Assembly (NCBI RefSeq): GCF_006345805.1
Contig: NC_043012.1
Span: forward strand, 1,860,001-1,924,000
DNA from: Octopus sinensis
Lineage: Eukaryota
Length of the DNA stretch: 64,000 nucleotides
Direction: 5' to 3'
The translations under genes were made by a program, and so were the position numbers. The notes under the pieces are model-generated. The model did not search any database. It had not been told where the DNA came from and saw only the letters and a program-made list of their open reading frames with translations. Of this stretch, positions 13,065 through 24,517 are shown one piece after another (position 1 is the stretch's first letter; the number at the start of each line of letters is the position of its first letter).

Positions 13065-13438
13065 GACTTAGGGAACGTAAACATCAGACATGGTATATTT
13101 CAAGGTGATAGCTTATTTCCATTAGTAATTGTATATTATGAGAAGTTAAAATAGCTTATGATTTGGGAAAAAGATATGGTTAGATAAATCGTCCCCTTTT
13201 GGGAGGCGGGGGTTGATATAAAGCTTTATGCAAAAAATAAGAAGCAGCTTGAGGGTCTTGTACATACTGTATGCATTTTCTCAAATGATGTATGGAACTT
13301 GGGATTGAAAAGTATGCTAAATTGATAATGAAGCAAGGAAGATTTGAAGGAGGCCAGAGAATTGAAATGCCAAATGGGAAAACAATGAAAGCAGTTGAGA
13401 AAGGACAATGGTATAGGTATTTGGTAATACTGGAGACA

Positions 13439-13676
13439 ATATTAAGGCGGTGAGCTGGCAGAAACGTTAGCACGCCGGGCGAAATGCGTAGCCGTATTTG
13501 GTCTCCCGTTACGTTCTGAGTTCAAATTCCGCCGAGGTCGACTTTGCCTTTCATCCTTCCGGGGTCGATAAATTAAGTACCAGTTGTGCACTGGGATCGA
13601 TGTAATCGACTTAATACCTATGTCTGTCCATGTTTGTCTCCTCTGTGTTTAGCCCCTTGTGGGTAATAAAGAAATA
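13439..13676 (+). mobile_element. SINE family B (tRNA-like head plus Nin/Deu-like core) with a 16-bp TSD
   Basis: Core gtcgactttgcctttcatccttccggggtcgataaattaagtacc and tail agccccttgtgggtaataaagaaata. The TSD ggtaatactggagaca lies at 13423-13438 and 13677-13692. Confidence 0.92.
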
Positions 13677-15689
13677 GGTAATACTGGAGACAGATGAAAC
13701 ATAAAGAGACGAAGCAAATTGCCAGGAGGGTGTATACAGGGAGAGTGAAAAAAAATGTTATAATGCAAGAGCAGTACCAGTAATTGGATGTGGGATTGGA
13801 ATTTGTTGACTGGCCCCAAAGCGACATACAGAAACTTGACAGAAAAAGTAGAAAGCTGTTGACAATGTATGAAGCCCACCATCCGAAAGGTGATATTAAT
13901 TGGTTGTACTTGAATATAGATCAAACCAGAAGAGGCTTTATTGTTGTGGAAGAGTGAGTACAGATGGAAAGAAAAAGCCTAATAGAAAATTTACAAAAGA
14001 GCACAGGGGAAAGTACTAAAAGCAGTGAATAAAGAAGAGGTGATCAAGTGTGGAATAGGAGAAAAAGACAAGAATGAAATTCAAAGAGAACACATTAAAA
14101 ATATTGAAGAGAAACCTTTGCATGATCAGTTTTGGAAAGCAATTGAGGGTGTATGTGGAACAAAAACCTGGACTTGGTTGAAAAAAGGGCAATGACAAAA
14201 AAAACAGAGCTTTATTATAGTAGTTCAAGATTAAGTGATAAAAACAAACAACTTGAGAAAATATGTGTATGGGGAGAATGTTTCAGTAAAAATGTAAAAT
14301 GTGTGAAACTTGGCCAGAGCAATGTGAAATGAAGTGCTTTACTAAAGAACACAAAGTACTATCAGGTTCAAGAATTGAGTCCTTAGAAATGCAAAACATT
14401 CACCAAAATTAACTAGTATACCAAGGTAATGGTGGGGAAGATCTAGTATATGTACTTGATATTTGACCAGGAAAACACAAAATGAAATGGTAAAGACTGA
14501 TCCCAGGATATTTAGCTTCTTGAAGAGTATGACAAGGGATCATAATGATTGGTAACATACAATACTGATAGTGATGGAGGTACCACATAGCTGAATTTAG
14601 ACTTCTAACCTAATGTATTCCAATTAAGCATTCATCTGCTGTCCTCCCCACATACAGTTCTATATCTCTATCGTTCATTTTCCTATTACCCTCTCCACTT
14701 AACCTCTCTCCTGTTCACTGTGCCATGCTGTCCATCTAACCAAGGATGGCACTGGACCTTCTCGACCCTTTTGTCTCTCTAACACTCAGCATCTCTCTAC
14801 TCACCGCCACCTCTTACTAATATTCCCTTCACCGTGCTACCCATATAACAAGGGAAAGTGTTGGATCTGTCCATATTCGACCCTTCCTTTCATTAATTTT
14901 TTATCTCTTATTGCCCTGTCTCTTTTCTCTTTCCTTCTTCCTCCCCTTCTCTCTCTCTCTCTCTCCCTCAAGTCATCTCTGCGTCTTGAGGAACAGCACT
15001 GGACCAATCCATATCTGATGCACCCTACCTTCTTTCTCCCTATGCTGCCAGCCATCACTCCTTCTCTCCTAGGCCACTCCTTACTGACATTCATCACTGT
15101 CTCTTACCATCATTTCATCCATCTCTATTATTGTCCATCTCTCAATGTCTCACATGAGTAAACATATAGCTACCATTACTTGTCTTCTTCCATCACTCCC
15201 TGCAACAATTTCCTGTCATGAATCTCTTCCTTAACTCCAACCAACACTGTGTCTCTTCCATTACTCACACCTCTACCACCACTCTTTCATTAATCACTAT
15301 TTCCTCATCATACTCTCTCCCCCTTCACCTACTCACACTGGTTCTTCTGTCATCACCCTCTCTCCAGTTCACTCTCATACTCATGTTACCTTGAAAAAAA
15401 AAACCAAAGACATTTACATGCTGAGAGGACTCTTTAGTTTTGTGAGGCAAAATGCAAACTTCACTACTGAAGCTGCTACAAGATAAAATGTTCCTGGTGC
15501 ACTCTGTAAAGTGGTTGGGAAAAAGTGATGACAACTGTTACTATCCTTCACTTAGTCTCTTTCACACAAGCAAACACACAGCTGCTATCACTGTCTCTCT
15601 TCTATTACCCCTTTCCATTACTCTCTCTCTCTCTTACTCTGTTTCTCTCTTTACTCACTTATTCTAATTCTTTTGTCATGAACTGATCT

Positions 15690-16142
15690 TAGAAGACCGT
15701 CACCAAACAATTGATGGACTTGTTTGATATGACTGGTGTGTGTCCTAGAGCTCCTGCCAATGAATTTTGAGTGAGGATTTGTGAATGAAAAGAGTTGCAG
15801 CAAAATTTGTGTCTAACTTGGTTATGGAAGATCAAAAGCAGTCACAGCTGAAGGCATGTTGTGAACTGAAAGAACAACTGGAAGTCAATCTAGACTTGTT
15901 TTGAAGGTCATCACTGGTGATGAAAGCTGATGCTGCAGAATTTGCAGATGTGGAAGAGGTCAAGAAAAACAAAAACGACAGAGGTGCTAAGAGTTCCAAC
16001 CCTGCTTCAAAATGTGTCTGGACCGATACAATTGCTTCAAATGGAGAATACTTTGAAGTCGATAAAAGTGTAAACACATAAAACTAAGTGAATAAAATAA
16101 TATAGCAAAATACCAGTTTCTTTTGGGGGTACCCTTTCATAC
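15690..16142 (+). mobile_element. Degraded mariner fragment
   Basis: Remnants MKRVAAKFV, KVITGDES and CIASNGEYFEVD, followed by a TIR-like end ttttgggggtaccct...ta. Confidence 0.7.
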
Positions 16143-16271
16143 GACGACCTACAATATTTGAAACAAACAGCTCCCCTTTGTACCTTTGTGTATCCTTTTT
16201 ATGCGTTGTATTTTTATGCTGCCTGAGATTATCATTCACATAACCAGTAAGTCTACTGAGTTTATGACACA

Positions 16272-16656
16272 ACTAGCAGTATCGCCCGGCGTTGCTCGGG
16301 TTTGTAAGGGAAATAACTATAAAGCATTTTTAGAGAGTTATACCCAAAAAATAGCAAAAAAATGGGAAAAAAATTATGGTAAATTTTTTTTGAGAGTAAA
16401 AAGGTCGAGTTGCGTCCCCTAGACAGTCTGTGGTTTGTGTTTCTGATTCTCGACCCCATGTCGAATTTATCGATTTTTTTCAGAACTGGGGGAACTTTTA
16501 AAAATTTTCGCTGCGTTAGTTTTGAATTATGACATTGGGCTATGTGTGTGTCAAGTTTCATCAGAATCGGTTGAAAGCCGTGGTCAGGGTGAGGGTACAA
16601 CCTAACAGACACACAGACACACACACAGACAAACTGCCGTTTATATATAGAGAGAT
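16272..16656 (+). mobile_element. Non-autonomous Helitron-like element (Lep1/HINE-like)
   Basis: 5' end actagcagtatcgcccggcgttgctcggg with a short subterminal palindrome. 3' end is an (ACAG/AC)n run followed by tttatatatagagagat. Confidence 0.7.
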
Positions 16657-16903
16657 GTGTTACACGTGGCTTGTTACATTTAACAAGCAGACAACTTAAT
16701 GTCAGGGCAAAATTTCAATAAGTGAAAGCGAATCAGTATTTAGATTTTGTTTACTCATCAGTAATTAAATTCATTGTGTTTTTAGGTTCAAAAGTTTCTG
16801 AGATATGAGAATAATAAAGTGTATATTAAAAAGAGGCAAGTCAACAAATGTGCCACAAACACTGTTGTGGTTTACTACTGCATATATATATATATATATA
16901 TAT

Positions 16904-16946
<43 letters not shown>

Positions 16947-17614
16947 ATGTATATATATGTATGTATATATATATGTTATATATATATGTATATATATATA
17001 TGTATATATATATGTATATATATATATGTATATATATAGTATATATATATATGTATATAATATATGTATATATATATATATATATTATATATATATATAT
17101 ATATATAATATATATAATATATATATATATATATATTATAGTAGTAGTAAAACCAGTACAGACTTGAAAAGATTCCAGCTTTTTCAGCCAGAGTAAACAA
17201 TCAAATCTATACATAACAATGGAAAAAATTTGTATTAAAATCTGATTTAACATGTGTTACCTGTCTTGTATTCAGTGTTAAAATACTTCATGTGATGAGT
17301 TGAGCGATTTTAATCAATTAAATCACACCCATGGTAAGAAAATGATTAATTAATGATTAATTGTGGTCAAAGAAGATAAGAGAGACAACTGCAAGATTTA
17401 AATTAATTTGAATTAATAAAAATTGAAATTGGTATTTAAGTAGGATATCAGGTAATTGCTGTGTGGCAAGAAGCTTGTTTCCCAACCACATGGATCCGGG
17501 TTCAGTCCTACTGCATGGCACCTGAGGCAAGTATCCTCTACTAAAGCTTCAGGCAGTCCAAAGCCCTGTGAGTAGATTTGGTTGACGGAAACTGAAAGAA
17601 GCCCATCGTATATA

Positions 17615-18075
17615 CCAGGCTTTGCAAAAGTCCTGTTACATTCGTTATGACACTCTCAACAAAGGACCTAATGATAGTTTTGATGCAGTTAGACACGTTT
17701 TTATTGTTTTAACACATAAATATGTTTAAATATTCATAGTAACCAATGTGGCCACCCTCAGGAGCAAGCACGTGCTCAAGGTGAGGCCTGAAGGCTGCGC
17801 ACATGTTGCAGACAAAATCCTTCCACATGCTGGTCCACACACAATTGACAGACGACTTCAGCTCATCGACATTGCTGTGACAGACTTTGCAGGCCTTGCC
17901 CTTGATAGGTGCCCACACACTAGAGTTGAGGGGGTTGAGGCTGGGCGACTGTGGTGGTCATAAGTCTGACCAGAAGTTCGTGTTCAACCCCAACCATTCC
18001 TGCATGCTCTTGGCTGTGTAGGCTGGAGCACCTGCTGAAAGACATAGTCCGCCTTCTTCGTGATCTTTCTCATGC
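17615..18075 (-). mobile_element. 3' fragment of a Tc1/mariner (DD37D/maT-like) transposon
   Basis: Remnants YVFQQ...APAYTAK, WPPQSPSLNP and KACKVCHSNVDELKSSVN...FRPHLEHVLAPEGGHI. The terminus is ccaggctttgcaaaag next to a TA. Confidence 0.8.
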
Positions 18076-18160
18076 AGAGCAGGACTTTTGTAGCCAAGAT
18101 TTCCCTGCATGGAAAGCGGACGTTAAACGACAACGATGACAACGATAATGATGATGATGA

Positions 18161-18236
<76 letters not shown>

Positions 18237-18548
18237 CATCATTATCGTTGTCATCGTCGTCGATATATATATATATCGCATACCCACGTTCTTTTTGTTT
18301 GTATTCCCCCTCACAGAATATTGGCTTGTGTAGTTTAAGGTACTCTTAAAACTACTATAGTATGCTCAGTCATATCTGTGATTAAAGTTCTGATAGTTAC
18401 CTAGGTGGCAATTAGACTTTAATTCTGGACAACTCGTGTCGAACCTCAGCAAACAGATGGAGAAGTGTATTTGTGTGTCTGTGTGAGTGGGTGGGTGCGT
18501 GCGCGACACTTGCCTATATGTGTAAGGACAAACAGAGACGGACAGATA

Positions 18549-18645
18549 GAGTACAGACAGACAGACAGACAGACATGTAGGTAGGTAGGTAGGTAGGTAG
18601 GTAGGTAGGTAGATAGATAGATAGATAGATAGATAGGTAGATAGG

Positions 18646-18704
<59 letters not shown>

Positions 18705-18705
18705 G

Positions 18706-18742
<37 letters not shown>
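18549..18742. repeat. (GACA)n(GGTA)n(GATA)n microsatellite flanking the Tx1 3' end; related tracts at 22654-22690 and 24560-24840
   Basis: Read directly from the sequence. Confidence 0.98.
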
Positions 18743-18743
<1 letters not shown>

Positions 18744-18815
18744 TGTTTCTTTATTAGCCACACAGGGCTGCACACAGATAGAACAAATTACAAGGTAGAG
18801 CTTTTCTTTTGAAGG

Positions 18816-18853
<38 letters not shown>

Positions 18854-21800
18854 AAGGGGGAGGTTCGATCAAAAGGGATCGTAAAAGGAGAGAAAGAGGA
18901 CAAAAATAAGGGGGGTTAAAAAAAAAAAAAACAAAAAAAAAAGGGGGGGAGAGGAAAAAAAATGATCAATAGGGATCGTTATCACAGAAATGTCAATATG
19001 AAGTGTAAAGGGGAGGACAGGTGAGGTTTACCCGTGGAAAGAAAAGCCTGCGGAAAAGACCACGGTAACCTCGGTCAATGAAGTCACATTTTATATTTCT
19101 TTTTTTTTTTTTTTTTTGCAAATAAGCAACTCTCTGTTTTCGATTTCTGGGTTCATAGGACTATGCTCAAGGTGGCTTCGTCATTCATACGTGCCATTCT
19201 TGCTACATTCACCCATCTTTTTTAAAACATTCGCTAGACAAAACTTGCCTCTCTACTCTCACTTTCCTTTTCAAGTGGTACTTGAAGAAGTTGATGAGAG
19301 ATTGACCAGAGAGGAAAGTGTTTGTCTCCAATCCTTTCAGACGCGTCCACCAGATACATTCTTTCGCCATAGCCACAAGGATGATGAAAATAGCTCTTCC
19401 TTCCCGTTTGAAGGAAGGAGGCGTGACAATATTGACGATAGACTCAGCTGATAAACCGACTCGTCCCACACGTGACAGCAGTTGTTCGACATAAGCCCAC
19501 AGGTCGGAAATTGTTGGACACTGAACGAGTGCGTGCAGAACGGTTTCGTCGCTCTGACCGCATCTCGGGCAGGTCGGCCCCGTGTTTCTCGAGCCGTGTC
19601 TGTAGAGCTTATCCCGAACGGGTAGCGCTTCTCGGTAGCACTGCCAGGCCAGGGATCTCTGGAAGTTGTCCATGGGCCCTGGCCCGAAAGTCGTCCCGAA
19701 CAGGCGAGTCAGGTACTCCTCGTCGACGTCCAGGTTCGCCCCGAGCTCGTCGTCGTACCTCCCCTCCACTAAACCCCTATAGAATGCTTTGGTTGTGTTG
19801 AAGTCACTTAAGGTCGACCCAGGACGGCAGAGTTGCTTGAGAGCAACGCGACACTCGCGGTGCCATTCGCCCTTCCTCGGCCTCTTTTTGATCCACGACT
19901 GCAGTTCGGTCATGGAGACGAGCTGCGGGAAAGCGTGCCTCACAAACGGCGACCACACCTGTTCACCGTCGTCTACATAGAGCCAGAGATGTCGCAGTCT
20001 CAGCGCGTGTCTGCGCATCATCAACCACGGCATGCCCAGCCCTCCTTTTAACGGGTGTTGACAGCAAATGGATCGCCTGACCATCGGGACGCATCCTTTC
20101 CACAAGAAGCGAAAGAGGATGCGTTGTAGTTTGGTGATGGTAGGGTCGGGACAAGGTACGACGGTCAGGCGGTAGTAGATGACGGACGCGATGTACGTGT
20201 TCGCCACCTCCGCTCGACCTTTTAGGGACAGTTTCCTCTCGGCCCATTGCCGGGCGAGAGTGACCACCCTACTCGTTATCTCGTTCCAGTTCTTCTCCAC
20301 TTGGAGGTCCGGACCAAACCAGACCCCGAGCAACTCAACCGGGCCGTCGGTCCAGCGTCCCACGACGGAGGCGCTGGTGGACGGCATGGGCTTGCTTCTC
20401 CAGGTGCCTAGTCGCAAGCCCACTGACTTTTCCCGGTTGATTTTCGCTCCTGTCACCGCTTCGTAGTTTTTCAGTGTCTCGCCGACCAGCTCGATGTGCT
20501 CGTGGCTAGACACTATGACGGTGACGTCGTCCGCGTATGCAGACACGCTCGTCCCGCATCCCAATTCTCGCGGGATGCCCCTTAGAGTCGCCAGCTTCCG
20601 CAGTAGTGGCTCAAGAGTCAATACGTATAGAAGCGCCGAGAGGGGGCATCCCTGACGGACCGAACGTGCAATGTCGAAAGGTCTCGATAGATGTCCATTT
20701 ACGCGAATTACCGAACGGATGCCTCTGTACAAGGCAGCTATCCAGCCGCGGAAGACGGGACCGAAACCAGCCGCTCTCACGACTGCCTCCAAGTATCGAT
20801 GGTCTACCCTATCAAAGGCTTTTGATTGATCCAAGTTGATCAGGGCCCCACCCATGCCAGGTTCGTTAACTACCCTGTCTATGATGTAGCGCATCAGATG
20901 GAGGTTGTCATGGATGGTCCGGCCTGGCACGGCGCATGTTTGCGCCTTGTCGACCAGTTTCTCGATGACAAGCGCCAACCTCTTGGCTAGCACCTTGGCC
21001 AAAATTTTCAAGTCTGCATTAAGCAGAGTGATGGGCCTAAAGTTATCTATTACATTTCCCTTGTTTAGATCTTTCTTCAGCAGTGTTACGGCTCCTCGGC
21101 TCACAAAACCAGGAATGCTCCCGTTTTGCTGCCAGTTGCAGTACACCGCCGCCAAGAGATCTCCAAACAAGTCTGGCATACAATTGTAAAGCTCGTAGGG
21201 TAGACCATCCAAACCCGGTGATTTGTCCCTCGAGCATTCTGCCATCGCTTCCCGCACTTCCGCCGCCGTGATGGCACCTTCGCAGCACCCTGCCTTTCTT
21301 GTCGAGAGTCGTGGTAGGCTATGTAGGTAGGCACTGAAGTCCACCCTACGTTCTTGCCCTCCACTCGTTCCGAACAGTCGGGCAAAATGCTGCTGAAAGG
21401 CCTCACACATTTTACTTGGCTCGAGCAATTCGCGCCCCTGTTCATCTACCAGTGACCGAATGGTGGCTTTGTTGCCCTGTTGCGCCTCTGCCACCCGGGC
21501 CTCTCTCGCGGCTCCAACACCTTCGTTCCTTAGAGCACGCATCCTAGCTCTGACAGCACATCCTTCGTGTTTGGCGTTGAAGTGTTGGTCGAGGGCCAAC
21601 CTCGCCGCCAAAACGTCGGATGCGATGCCGCTTCTAATTGCCTCTTCTAGCTTCTTAACTAGCTCACCCTCTACTCTATTTCTATCTATGGCTAGTGCTT
21701 TGCTGTACCTAATCGCTTCTGCTTTTACTGCTCTCTTGAGGGCAAACCACCATTTGTTGTTGATGATGGCTCCCGTCAAAGCCCTCTTTACTAGTGTGCT

Positions 21801-22652
21801 AATCCGGTCTCTGAAAACTTGTCTCGATGGGAAAGACGCGTTTAGTTTCCAGTATCCGGGACCCTGCCTAAGTGTCTTACCTAAGTCTAGCGTACATGTC
21901 ACAAGTTTGTGATCCGTGTAGCTGACTATGTGGAATTGTGGACATCCTATGCTATCTCTATCTACTGTCCTACACAGTATCCTATCTAGATACGATCTCG
22001 ACGACCCGATGCGGTTGCTCCATGTCCACGTTGGCGCATTCGGGTGGTCTAGTCGAAACTGTCAGACAGTTGAAAGCGTCTGAGCAGGTCTCTGAGGCAT
22101 TGCATCCCCGTCTATTCCTATCTCTACCCACGTAGTCTACATGCGTGTCCAAGGTAGCATTCCAATCCCCCACTAAGAGTAAAGGACGAGACGTTCCCAA
22201 GAAAACTTCTAGACGTTGAAAGAAATCCGCCCGACCTGTTAAGGGCGGTGCGTAAACTGATACGAGCCGAAAAGCGCACCATTGCTGCCGTCGACATCCA
22301 GGACGACCAGTCTACCCTCCGGGTCTACGAATATTGTCCTTACATTGAGATCCAGACTCTTGTGAAAAAGTACCGCGGTGCCACTACCGCCCATTCTCGG
22401 CAGACAGGGGGAAAAATAAATGTTGAACTGTCCGCCAAACATGGTCTTTAGGGCCCGCGGATTGTGGAGTCTGGTCTCGCTTATGGCTATGATTTCTAAC
22501 TTATGTGACTTTATGTCATTTAAGAGGTACCCTTGTTTCCAAGGGGACCCCAAGCCACGCGCATTTACACAACCAATCTTGATCATAGTTCTAATGAATT
22601 AGAATACAGAGGGTTACTTACTGCTCGAAAGTTTTTGCTTTCTCCTCCGTTA
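18744..22652 (-). mobile_element. L1-clade/Tx1-like non-LTR retrotransposon, 5'-truncated at the last codons of ORF1, with a near-intact ORF2
   Basis: ORF2 runs 22586 to 19153. It has an APE endonuclease (VNARGL, ISETR, VGDWN, YLDR, TDHK), an RT (QGCPLS, YADD) and a C-terminal CPRCGQSDETVLHALVQC zinc knuckle. GC content is far above the flanks. The U-rich 3' UTR ends aataaagaaaca followed by (TATC)n. The residual ORF1 end RRRKQKLSSSK* lies just upstream. Confidence 0.95.
19153..22586 (-). CDS. Tx1 ORF2 (APE-RT-CCHC), about 1145 aa, interrupted only by four 1-nt deletions in homopolymer runs
   Basis: Joins ORFs 22239..22586, 21982..22200 and 19209..21902. Restoring one base at each of ~22270 (T run), ~22100 (A run), ~22060 (T run) and ~19220 (A run) gives a continuous frame ending ...KKRWVNVARMARMNDEATLSIVL*. 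Confidence 0.85.
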
Positions 22653-23772
22653 GACAGGTAGGTAGGTAGATAGATAGATAGATAGATACAGACTAGCAGG
22701 CAGGATGTAGACAGATACAGACAGACAGGCACGTAAGGTAAGAAGGTAGGCGGAAGAGAGAGTAGAGGAGAGGGTGTGAAGAGAGAAAGAGAGAGCGAGA
22801 GGGAGGATGTGAGGCGAGAGAGAAAGAGAGAGAGATATCTGTTAATAACTTTAATGTTATAAAAAGTGAGGTGAAGAGAGAGTGAGTAAATATATAGAAA
22901 AATATAGATGTTACATATATTTAACTGTTAACATTTATGTCAGAAACTACACCAGTTTTAATGTTCTTAAGCTGTCATCCAGAACATTCTCTATTGAGAA
23001 CTAACTAGTGTGTGTGTGTGTGTGTGTATGTATGTGTGTATCTATTTATATATATATATGTGTGTGTATGTATGTGTATGTATTTATTATATATATATAT
23101 ACACATACGTTCATAAGTAAAGTGTGTACACACATGTGTGCGCGCATGCGCGTGTCATGTTTGTGTAGGTGGTGTATGTGGGTGTGTGTGTGAGTGTATA
23201 CATATGATGTGTATGCGTGATGTCTGTGATGTAATTTGAATATCTTAAATGTTCGCGAGTTTGTCTGGATATTTATGTGTGTGAATACACATATACCACC
23301 GCTTTTGTTGGTGTGTGTGTATATATATCTAAATCTCCCTGTATTTATGTTTGTGTGTGACTATCTGACTGAGCGTGTCCGTTAATGTATATTTCAGTAT
23401 TTGCGTGTCTATAGGTGTAAGGTGTGTGTGTGTGTAAGTTTGTGTGTGAGCATGTGTGTGTATGCATGTATGCATGTATATATGTATCATGAGTCTGCTA
23501 AGATAACTGTTACAGCTCAAAGAGGTTCACGATACTCGCGTAACTGAGTAATAACAGTATTATAATATATATATATATATATTTACAACATAATATTTAC
23601 ATAAGTACTGAAGTATTTCTTCACACACACACAATTTAAGTTTGAGTGTTTTTATATATGTATGGGTACATATATGCGTGTATGCGTGTGTGTGTGTGTG
23701 TAGAATCCCTCTTGCTTTTCTTTCCCCCACCGCCAACTCTTTCATTAATTGTAAAACAAAATTTAAACCTGA

Positions 23773-23780
23773 TGACGTCA
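23773..23780. promoter_or_regulatory. Perfect CRE palindrome TGACGTCA about 155 bp upstream of the homeobox ATG
   Basis: Exact TGACGTCA within a short CpG-containing island (23760-23850) between microsatellites. Function is unproven. Confidence 0.3.
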
Positions 23781-23850
23781 CAACGACACTCTGGAGAGGG
23801 AGACGCCAACAGCGGGACCACATCTTCGCATCTTCATCATTTTTTCCCTG

Positions 23851-23881
<31 letters not shown>

Positions 23882-23932
23882 ATACATACCTAGTTTTTAG
23901 TCCTCTTTCCACTTACTGTCTACCTGGCAGAG

Positions 23933-24517
23933 ATGTCCAAGTCGACAGCCAGTTCGGGACCTGGCAAGAAAAACCGTAGGAAGCGCACGTCCATCACAGG
24001 TGAACTGTTGGAATGTCTGGAGATGTTTTATCGCAAAAACTCACGGCCTGATCGTTGCGAGAGACGTCAGTTGGCTGTAGAAATTGGCAAACCAGAGAAC
24101 TTGGTTCGAATTTGGTTCCAAAACCGTCGAGCTAAGCAACGTAGGGAAAGTCAGCTGCTCTTAAAACAAATGGTTCCGACCATTATTGTTGAACCTCATC
24201 AACATAACGGTAAAGCAAACTCTGGTGGAAGTAAGACGTTACAGACAGTCCTGAATAATAGCAACAATAACAGTAGCATCGATAATAAATTGGTCGATAG
24301 CAATGATTCCATCACGGTCGGTGGCACCACGACGAAGAATACGGTTGATAACCATCAAGTGAAAACCTTGGAGTGTTCTAAATGTACAGAAGAGAACAGC
24401 TGCACTGAACATCACCAATCTCCGTCGTCTTCTTCGTTGCAATCTCTTCGTCTAGCTTCACAGGATGAAGGTTCTTCACAGGAATTTACGACAGACAATT
24501 ACAACATCAACAGCCAA
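23933..24517 (+). CDS. Divergent Q50 homeobox transcription factor exon (homeodomain about 23972-24151). Probable coding end at a splice donor at 24518; the annotated ORF reads on into a (TATC)n tract.
   Basis: Translation [60 protein letters not shown] has R5, L16, P26, R31, L34 and W48-F49-Q50-N51-R52-R53. A polypyrimidine tract ending ctggcagag precedes the ATG. A Ser/Asn/Thr-rich tail follows, then caa|gtaatg (phase-0 donor-like) just before the microsatellite. Confidence 0.85.

Larger units (their letters stand above)
11690..14320 (+). mobile_element. Degraded RLE-type (R4/Dong-like) LINE interrupted by two younger SINEs
   Basis: Remnant motifs LKRYGARCKGFKQNRLFQSN, GIFQGDSL, DIKLYAK, TWTWLKKG...VQD.VIKTNN and CKMC. 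SINE insertions at 12661-13064 and 13439-13676. Confidence 0.75.

Noticed and set aside
19472-21912. Plus-strand ORFs overlapping Tx1 ORF2 (100-150 aa)
   Set aside because: They are shadow ORFs expected antisense to a GC-rich coding sequence and show no recognisable motifs.
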